From NCBI RefSeq assembly GCF_009914755.1, contig NC_060937.1: 64,000 nt of DNA. The stretch is one strand, 5' to 3'. Below are positions 52,781-64,000 of this stretch, in pieces. The position numbers and the translations under genes are program-made. Under the pieces are notes generated by a model that was not told the origin of the DNA, made no database searches, and saw only the letters and a program-made list of their open reading frames with translations. The stretch comes from the human T2T-CHM13v2.0 reference genome, Homo sapiens. Numbering within the stretch: position 1 is the first letter of the stretch; every line of letters starts with the position of its first letter.

Positions 52781-55700
52781 GGAGGACAGAGCTAAAGGGC
52801 TTCTGAGTGAATGGGGAAATCCATATTCTGTGCTTCACCAGGGAAAAAAGCTAGGTTCAGGTGGGCCAGATTAGAAGGAATCAGCTCCTAGCTTATCATA
52901 TGGAAGGCCTTTCTAGTCTGTAGAATAAAATAAATTGCCTTGCCATGTGAAGAGCTCGTCATGTTGAGAAGCTTATAATAAACAGTGGCTCAGCAAATTG
53001 TGAGGGAGAGGGATGCTCTAAGAAGCAAATCCTGCAGTGAGTGAGTGGGAGGTTGGAAAATAAGACCAAAGATCCTTCCAACTCAAATACCCTACAGTTT
53101 TAGGACATTCGCATGTAATTATTTGCAATTCAAGGCTGTTAATACTCTCCAGCCAAGTGAATGATGGACTTTCTCTCATCTGACTGCTCTTTGGAGTTGC
53201 CAGGAGGTGTCTCATTTGGTGGGAGATGCGGGGGTGTGCAAGGGAGTGGGAAGTAGGGGTGGGTGGGGGGCCAGGCCCCTTGTCAACAGCTGCAGTGCCT
53301 CTGAAATGCCGACGGCATCCAGGCCAGGAGGTGCTGGCTGCAAGGTGGCAATTAGTCATGGTTTCTGTGTTGCTTTCCACCTTTGGTCATTATTTCAGAG
53401 AGCCTTATTAAAATTATAAGTTCAACCAGAACCTTCTTTGGAAGCTGCTCTTTCTCTCTTGAGACATATTCCTAGGTAAGAGGAAAGGTAAGAGTCCCAT
53501 GTGGATATGTGTCCTTCTCTTTCCTCATTTAATAAACAGCCTAATTGGAGTCTTCAGTCTCTGGCTTTTACTTTGAATAGAAGCTGAATCACATAAACAC
53601 TTTAATCAGGGGATTTCAATGTCATCATGGAGCAAGCGCGAATTTTGTAGGTAATAATGAGGAAGAAACATTTTCCCGAGAAAAGCTACTTTGTGTGTGC
53701 CTTGGTGTTTTTAATTTAGATGAGTCTCCACTGTTTGGCTTTTTTTTTTTTTTTTTCTAAAAATGAGAACATTCTTCACTGAAATTATATATTCCTCAGA
53801 GACAGATGCCAACCAGACATTCCATAAAGAAGGGCTTTTTTTAAAAGACGGAATTTGGCCATATCTTTACACTGGAAACAGGAACCCACACGAATCCACA
53901 GCTGCAAAAGGCAACGCATCCATAGTCACATAGAAATTTAGACGTTAACTGGAGCTACGTGGCCGGGCCTGCCTGTTTGGAAGCAGGAATGGGCCGCTGG
54001 GAATGCCGCGGGAGTGGAGAGCCCGAGCTGCAGGCGGCAGAAGTGCTGGTGTCCTGTCTCCTGAAATGCTCTTGGCTGGGTTGTTAGTCTTCCAGTGAGG
54101 CGTGCAGCTAAGCTCGAGAATACTCCTCCACCTGACTCTTACAGAGGCAGGGAAGGTCATCTCGAATCCTTAAAGGGTCCCTTTTCTCTTCTGCAAAACA
54201 GTTAGAAACTGTATTGTGGGAGGGTAGGGGTGTTGTCATTTCTCCCAGTGCTTTGGAAGTGGCATTTCATGTATAAGAAAGGTGTATGGCTAACCAGGCA
54301 TGAAAAAGCCTTCATCACCATCATCACCTATTTGTGGACTTTTCACATTCTTCCTTGTGTCAGCCCACCAAAATCTACAGGATTAAACACAATTGCCATG
54401 AAGACAATAAATAAATTGTGGACTTTAGTACAGATGGCAAGAACCATGCCTCTTATAAAAACAATATACACAGTGAATTGAGTGTATTGCTGAGGAAACA
54501 TGAGACCCTTGCAGGTGTCAGGCCAAGGGCTAGAGGCTCACCCAGACTCCAGTTTGTCTCTGAATATCTCTGAAAGGTGAGGAGGATCAGTCCAGTGCCA
54601 GATTACCCGGATTCAAGTCCTGCCTCTGCTATTTCTGTGTGGCTTTGGGCAAGTGCCAAGCCCTTCAATTTATGCAACTGTGACATGGAGTTAAGGACAA
54701 GGAATAGTGCCTGGTGGGGAGGAAGCCCTGTGTCAGCTTTTGCTATCCCTACAAACTGCTGAGCCAGCACCTGCAACCCTTTCATAGGTCCGGCAGTCCC
54801 AAGGCACAATGATTGTGACCCCAGACAGTTTAGCTACTTGGGGATGACTTTCTGCAGAATTAAATAAGTCTGGGATTCTGCAGATTGGAGGTGGGGATTC
54901 TATTTCTATTTCTTGGATGGCTTAACATGGGGACATACCTAGAGGAAATCCCGCTGCCTTATTTTTCTTCCAAATAAATAAATACTGAAGTTGGCTGGAG
55001 CTTTTCACGGGGTGCTCGATTCTCAAGTCTCCTTTTCTATTTGTGATCATTTGGCCTAGTCTTAGCTCCTATTCATTTTTTTTTTTCTATTTTTTCACAG
55101 TAAAATGAGGGATTAAATAAAGTCTATGGCTTGTGTAAGAGGAAGATCACAGAAACGGGTGTCACAACAGTGTCTCCTAAGTGGTTGCTTCAATCTGGCC
55201 GTGGATTCTGGTCATTATTGAGATTCATAAGTAGGTGGAGACCACATGTCAGCATTATTTATTTGAAAATTCAGGCCATGACTCTCCAATTTACAACGTG
55301 AAAAGCAATATTTTATTCAAGTGCATGCATTCTGAGGCCTATAGCTAAGCAGGGGCTTTAAGGGCGTGTGCCACTAGATGCGATATAAAGACTACATTAA
55401 GGTCAGAATACCGAAGTGACCAATTTACAGAGGAGCTTTTGTGGAGGTAACGCACAAAGAGCCAAACAAATGTTATTCAAGCCCATCTCGCCTCTGGGTT
55501 TTGAAAAGCTGGTGACAGGGTAAAAATCCAATCACTCCACTGTGTGGAAACAACTCATGTCATTAGTTTTTTGGCATTTTCTTTTGTGATGCAGTGCAGC
55601 TAATGGTCGGTATAGGCAGCTGTATAGACCAGCCATTTGAGGACCCACACTTTAGACACACAGGCATGGCTGTGTTCAGTTTAATAGGAACCATGTGTTC

Positions 55701-56053
55701 CAATCAAAACAACATCTGACCCTCATGCTTCAAATAGTGTGTATGCTTCTCAAGGGGTCTATTCAGTCAGACAGCTGTTGGGAGGTTTATTCCCACATTT
55801 TAAATTTGTCTTTGGCCTGGACAAACTGCTCATGTTTTAATATTTCTCTGGATATTGTTTTTCACTGTTTTACCTCCTCAGCTTAAAGCTTTGGTTCCCA
55901 GCTCAAATCCCAAATTGTTTTTAAGGTGAGGTCCACTAAAATTCATTTGATCTTCTTTTTTTTTGGTGTTATTTTACAGCAGAAATTCAGATTAAAGTTA
56001 TTTTCAAAGATTAGGTTACTAAGGGGTAACTTAAAATCCTTTGGCTTTAATGA

Positions 56054-56386
<333 letters not shown>

Positions 56387-56539
56387 AAGAACACTTTCTT
56401 TTGATTCAAAGATTTTTTCTCTGATCCTTCAAAATATATGGAGGCTTGAGTTGCTACGTAGTGGAGATGTTAAATGAAAAAAGTAGTTAAGGACCCTAAT
56501 TCTGAATTTCCTAAAAAGAATCAATTCAGTGAAAAAGAG

Positions 56540-56745
56540 AGGCTGTACAGCACTTTGGCTAGGAGCCTTGGTTTTGGAATCAGACACCTCCGAGGTAGAA
56601 ACCCTGCTCCGCCGCTAGCTGCAAGATAGTGGGCAATGACCTAGCCTGTTCAAGATTTACCTTCCTTATAGAGAAAACAGAGAAGCCTCATCTCAGCGGA
56701 TTAAATGAGATAATGTGTGGTAAGTACATAATCTAGTTCCTAGAA
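56540..56745 (+). mobile_element. MIR
   Basis: Contains ttggaatcagac..gggcaatgacct..attaaatgagataatgtgt. Confidence 0.65.
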
Positions 56746-57349
56746 AACAGTACATATTCAATAAAGTACAGCTTTATTTCAAAACTCAAATCTCTAGTCT
56801 TATCCATAAAGAGGAAGCAGCACATGGCAAGTCCTGTGATGGGGAGGGAGCTTAGTGACTTTTCGGACTGAACCGAATTCCTTGTGGCTAGAGACAAGTA
56901 CACAGTGGGGAGAATGGTGAAAGATGAGCCAGAGTTCAGGATCTTGTCACACCGTCCCTGGGCCCCCTCATACATTATCAGCTGAATCTGCCTGATAGTG
57001 GGGGCATCTTGACACATGCATGAAATAAAACACTACTGGAAAAAATGAGCCAGAAGTCACTCGCCATGGACCCCCAGATCCTTTCTGAACTTTTAATCTA
57101 CTCACTGCTGTGAAGCATTTGAGTCTAATAAGGGGTTGACATTTACAACGGACACTTCTGAAAGATCACCATAAAGCACCGAGATATTTTACTCTTTACG
57201 CAAACCCTCTAATAAAAAAAGAAAGCAAAATGAAAGGTAAAACAAATAGATTTCAGTCTTAGTTTATAATAGACTTATTTAGGTGGTTATGATGAAATGG
57301 GACATGGAGAATACACATGGATGGTCAGGCATTTCAAAATTTTGCTTAG

Positions 57350-57592
<243 letters not shown>

Positions 57593-57636
57593 ATTCACTG
57601 GCATAGCCACATTCTTATTAAGGTGTGGGCACCTAC

Positions 57637-57700
57637 CTTTTTCCTTTGGAAGTTCACATCAAGTTTCATTGAGGCACACTTGTTCAACGTATTTAGTCGT
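57637..57700 (-). CDS. STARD13: STARD13 coding exon 4 (end of SAM domain; RRLNTLNKCASMKLDVNFQRKK)
   Basis: Acceptor ttccttttAG (57701-57702) and donor AAG|GTAGGT. The 64-nt exon ends in phase 0 and joins GDDSDEE of the next exon. The peptide matches the DLC-family SAM C-terminus. Confidence 0.96.
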
Positions 57701-58167
57701 CTAAAAGGAAAGAAAAATGTGATGATTACTTTCACTAATGAATTTAAATCTCTCCAGTTTGATAATCCTCCTTTATTTCCAGTAAAGTTGAAACTGCAGG
57801 AACAACCAATTATGTCCCAAGACAGTACTGCACCCACAGAAGGTATGCTATATAGTAGTTCCCATTTGTGCTCCAGCCTCCTGACCTGAGAGGACTCTAC
57901 CACTAAGCCTACCAATCCCTGCCTTTTCCCTAATCTAAACCCAGCCCTTTTCTGGCTTCTCTTTCCACTGTTCTTGGAATCCATGGCTGATCATTTTAGC
58001 CATACTTTCACTATCTCCTCCAATCGTTTGCCACCTTGACCTTGCATCAAGTCTATCCCGTTAACCTCTAAATATGGATCAACACAACCGTGTATCTTCT
58101 CTCCTGATCTCAGGTGGTTGGGTATAGGTAGAAAATAACTCACATCACAGTGCTGAATTATACATGC

Positions 58168-58539
58168 TATAGGCTAACTATGCCGCTCCAAAACACATAC
58201 GTTGAAGCCCTCCATTCACATATGTGAATGTCCAACGTGATTGATTTGGAGTAAAGAAGTGATTAAGGGTAAAGGGGTCTACCAGGGAGGAGCTCTGATC
58301 CCAGAGGATTAGTGTCCTTGTAAGAAGAGATACCAGAGAGCTCCCTCTCTCTCTCTGCATGTGAGGACACAGTGAGAAGGCAGACATCTACAGGTCACAG
58401 GACCCTTACCAGGAGCCAAACCCTGCCAGCACCTTGATCTTGAACTTTCCAGCCTCCAGAACCGTGAGAAAATAAATTTTTGTTGTTTAAGCCACTCGGT
58501 CATGGTGTTCCATCATGGCAGCCTGTGCTAATAAATACA
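58168..58539 (+). mobile_element. MLT1 (MaLR) solo LTR
   Basis: Contains ggattagtgtccttgtaagaagaga...ccagcaccttgatcttgaac..cagcctccagaaccgtgagaaaataaa. Confidence 0.85.
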
Positions 58540-58633
58540 TTTTGATTTTCACCCTCAGCTGGACTCTCAAAGATGTTACCCAGCATTTCTTTCATTTCGT
58601 TGGGATTACAGGCATGAGCCACTGTGCCCAGCC

Positions 58634-58870
58634 CCTCTTTCTGACTTCTATCATCCGTAGATTAGTTTTGCTTCTTCTTGGTCATTGTGTAAGTAGAATT
58701 ATATAGTATGTATTTTTTGAGTGACTGTTTTTTCATTCAACACAACGTTTGTGAGATTGACTCATGTTGTTGAGTATACCAATAATCATTCAGCTTAGTT
58801 CCTGAGTATGAAGACACACAATTGGGTTACCTATTCTCTTGCTGATGGACATTTGAGCTGTTTCCAGTCG
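58634..58870 (-). mobile_element. L1M fragment
   Basis: Contains ttctgacttctatcatc..gattagttttg..gctgatggacatttgagctgtttccagt. Confidence 0.75.
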
Positions 58871-58871
58871 T

Positions 58872-59176
58872 TTCTTTTGTTTGTTTGTTTGTTTTTTGAG
58901 ACGGAGTCTCACTCTGTTGCTCAGGCTGGAGTGCAGTTTCGCAATCTCCGGCTCACTGCAAACTCTGCCTCCCAGGCTCGAGCAATTCTCCTGCCTCAGC
59001 CTCCTGAGTAGCTGGGACTACAGGTGCACACCACCACACAGGCTAATTTTTGTATTTTTAATAGAGATGGGGTTTCACCATGTTGGCCAGGATGGTCTCG
59101 ATCTCCTGACCTCGTGATCCACCCACCTCAGCCTCCCAAAGTGCTGGGATTACAGGCGTGAGCCACCGCACCCAGC
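58872..59176 (-). mobile_element. AluS
   Basis: Full dimer; TSD TGTTTCCAGT. Confidence 0.96.
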
Positions 59177-60439
59177 TTGTTTCCAGTTTTGACCAATGAA
59201 TGTCTAACCATTGAATTCAATGGCTTCTTTTTAGCAAAGACCTATTAATAGCAATAGTCACAAATTAGTACCCATCATTCCTTGAAATTCTTTTCATCCT
59301 TGACATTCAAGATTATGAATTATCTCATCTCTCTGGACACCATCTCCTTCCTGCCACGAAGCAGTACTTGCCCCTTAACTATTAATTTTTTTGTTAGAAT
59401 TCAGACTGAGGTCCATCCCTTTTTACTCTCCATGGCCTTACTGAAGAATCTTAATATAAATTAGACTCAAGTGATACCCAGTCCTCTGTCTCCAGCCCAG
59501 GCATCTCATCTGAGGCCAGAGTCACATTCTGCATTCTCTTCAAAACCTGTTTCTCCTACGTACTGTCTTGTCTTGACTAAGAGCATCACCAATGGGCCAT
59601 CCAAACTAGAAAATAATGTCATCTTGAGGCTCTACTCCTTCACAATCTACATTCGTTGATCACCAAATCCTGTCAATTATACCTCTATGATGTCTTGAAG
59701 TCTTGCCTCTCCTTTGGCCCTAATTCAGTCTCCTGTCGTTGTTTATCAAGAGTCAGGCATCAGCCTCCTAATTGGTTTCACTACCACTTCTAAAACTTTA
59801 CACTGAAACCAGTTCTATTTCTCAACTTTTTCTCACGTCGCTCACCGACTGAAATACGTTTAATGACTCTCCTCATTTTCAACCACCTCCAATGTACCCT
59901 CTGACTACGCATTCATTAGTGTCAGATATAGCAGGCAATGCTGAGTTGGAAGCTGATCATCTCATCTGAGACCATCTTTGGCAGGCTCTCAGCCTGTCTC
60001 TTTGGTCTGTTCCACGTGTGTTAGCATGTCTACCTAAGAGTGGGTGTGAAGTGAAAAAAAATGGTGGATATTGCACATTTGGTGGCTCTGTAACAGGTTT
60101 GTTTAGGGGAGGATTGCCTGTTATTTATAAAATGAACTTATCTAGTGAACTTGTTCTTCCATTAGGGTTTGGAAGCACAAACAAAACACTCCATTCTGCT
60201 TTTCTGTGGAAAAGCTTTTGATCTACGACATACACACAAGACATCAAAGGAATCATCTTCTATATACCACAGACTCGAATATGCTTTATACTTTCTGACA
60301 CATGCAGGAAGTTTATTTATTATTTTCTAAAGCTGAAGACTCTAAGTAGATTTGACTTTATAGCTCTGGGTCCTTTTATTGCCCCTAAACTCAGATGTTT
60401 GCCTGTACCTTACAAATTGCTTCTCTACTTGGAAAAAGC

Positions 60440-61940
<1,501 letters not shown>

Positions 61941-61949
61941 TAATGCAAG

Positions 61950-64000
61950 TGAGTGACATCAGTGAAAAAGGTTAAGTAAAAACCTCCAAAACCCCACTTC
62001 TTCATAAAATCAACAAAAGTACTGGCAAATATTGTCAAAATCAACTTTTTAAGAAAGCTGTAAATTGATATGGGCTTTCAACAAACTAAGTAACACTAAG
62101 TGTCTATCTAAGAAAAATGGTTAAACATATGTAAGGACAGTGAGCTTTGTGACATTCAAACCCACCCTATTCCTATGCCCTTTTCCCCAGCTTTTCAGGA
62201 GCTTTGAAAATCAACAGCATCACCGTCAGAGTAGCTGTGAAAACTAGTAGCCTTGCATCCACTGGAGAGGGAAGAACATGTTTGAGCTTCCCCAAAACTC
62301 CGTTACCAAAGAATTGTCATTATCTGAGCTGTCTGGGAATTCCCTGAAAACCCCCAGTTCACAGCGCTTGTCTTTATTTAACCTGACTCAAATCATTACT
62401 GAAACTAGCTTATACCCAGGGTGTTTGTCAAAGACAGTCAGTAGTAATTAGTCAACATGGCAGTTGCCTGAAATGGTAATAACAGTTGAGCCAAACAAGA
62501 TGCTAACCAAAAAGCTTAAAAAGAATATCTGGGAGAATGAGATGTCCATAGGGGACTTAGAAAAGTTCCAATGTATTCCTAGGAATCTAGAAGGCCAAGT
62601 ACATGTGCAGAACTGTGTGTATACCCAGGAAAGACCTGAGCTGGCCCTAATCTTCCACCTTTAGCTGACCTTGATGATCTGCACAAGCAGGAAATCAAGG
62701 CTAAGGCAGAGTTATCAATTCCCTGCTGCAGCGCTGAAGCCATATTGTAACATGCACAAAGAGCCGCTCAGCAAAGACTGAGGGATTGGTTGAAGGTATC
62801 TAAGAAAATCTCTGTCCAATCATTTGCTGATTACTAAATTAACTGAGTAGATACTTCAGTGGATACAACAAGGGATACAGACTTTAGAGAATTAGTTCCA
62901 GATATTCATTAAACAGATAGCAACAATGACCACCCTGGGAAGAGAAGATCTGATTTCAAGAGGTGCCATATTACAATATTTAAAATGTCCAGTTTTAAAC
63001 AAACAAACAAACAAACAAAAAACCAAAACAGTGGATATCAGCAAATTGATTCTAAAGTTTATATGAAGGAGCAAAAGACTCAGAATAACCAACACAATAA
63101 TGAAGGGGCAAAACTGGAGGACTGACACTATCCAAATTCAAGACTTCCTATGAAGCCATAGTAATCATGATAGTATGGTACTGGTGAAAGAATAGACAAA
63201 GAGATAAATGGAGCAGAATGAGGAACCCAAAACAGACTCGCACAAAGAGAGTCAACTTACGTTTATAAAGGAGCAAAGGCAATACGATGGATAAAAGGTA
63301 GTCTTTCCACAAATGCTGTTGCAACAAGTGGATATTCAAATGCAAAAAAAATTTAGTCTAGACACAGACCTTATATCATCACAAAAATTAATTCAAAATG
63401 AATCATAGACCTAAGTGTAAACACAAAGCTATACAACTCCAAAAAGATAACATAGGAGAAAATCTACATGACTTTGAATAAAGTGATGACCTTTTAGATT
63501 CAACACCACAGGCCTGGTCCATGAAAGAAATAACTGATAAACCAGACTTCATTAAAATTCAATACTTCTACTTAGTTCTTTCAGAGAAAAAAACTTTCAA
63601 GAGAAAGAGAAGACAAGCTATATACAGAGAGAGCATATTTGCAAAAGATATCTCTGTTAAAGGACTATTAGCTAAAATATATAAAGAACCCTTAAAACTC
63701 AACAATAAGGAAACAAACAGCCCAGTTAAAAAGAGGGCAAAACATCTGAACAGACACCTCACTAAAGGAGATGAATATATGGTAAACAAGCCTTTAAAAA
63801 GGCACTCAACATCACATGTCATTAGGGAATTGCAAACTAAAACCTCCATGAGATACCACCACATATCTAAGGTAAAAATCTAAAACACTGACAACACTAA
63901 ATGCTGGTGGGAATGTGGAGCAACAGAAACTCTCATTCATTGCTGGTGGGAATGAAAAATGGTATGGCCACATTGGAAGACAGTGGGCAGCTTCTTACTG
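61950..64000 (+). mobile_element. Old L1M: putative 5'-region relic (61950-63000) joined to an ORF2 3' region (63030-64000)
   Basis: ORF 63521..63883 (KDISVKGLLAKIYKEPLKLNNK...HVIRELQTKTSMRYH) is an L1 ORF2p C-terminal relic. The 5'-region assignment is less certain. Confidence 0.75.

Noticed and set aside
53242-53270. G-quadruplex-like G-runs
   Set aside because: Real but common, and no context ties it to a function.
63521-63883. 120-aa ORF resembling a reverse-transcriptase-associated protein
   Set aside because: A degenerate L1 ORF2 fragment, not a functional gene.

Overview
This is human (primate) genomic DNA containing the 3' part of STARD13 (DLC2/ARHGAP37; SAM-RhoGAP-START protein) on the minus strand. 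Eleven coding exons can be reconstructed with GT-AG boundaries and compatible phases. Numbered as in the canonical transcript from memory, they are exons 4-14: 57637-57700, 44261-45621, 42716-42889, 41422-41581, 33380-33578, 28036-28246, 27093-27207, 26001-26222, 25188-25405, 22073-22249 and 20908-21025. The CDS ends ...EGPETKI-TGA and is followed by a ~2.45 kb 3'UTR ending near 18450. Upstream exons lie beyond the right edge. Bases 1-18400 are intergenic, downstream of the gene. The rest is intronic or intergenic DNA rich in Alu, L1, L2, MIR, MaLR/ERV LTRs and DNA transposons (Tigger2, MER82-like, MER30, Charlie, MER5). Almost all other ORFs in the supplied track are repeat-derived or antisense shadows. 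I found no credible new multi-gene system. The most interesting observations are: (1) read-through of the exon 7 donor encodes the same VGL as exon 8, then stops near an AATAAA, which would give a GAP-dead isoform; (2) exons 5-7 form a phase 0-0, stop-free 1695-nt block flanked by inverted Alus (possible circRNA with an endless ORF); (3) the 3'UTR has a dense set of miRNA and Pumilio sites, including a miR-125 site formed inside a MER5 transposon; (4) several well-preserved nested or inverted transposon insertions retain their target-site duplications. Repeat subfamily names come from recalled consensus sequences and need RepeatMasker confirmation.
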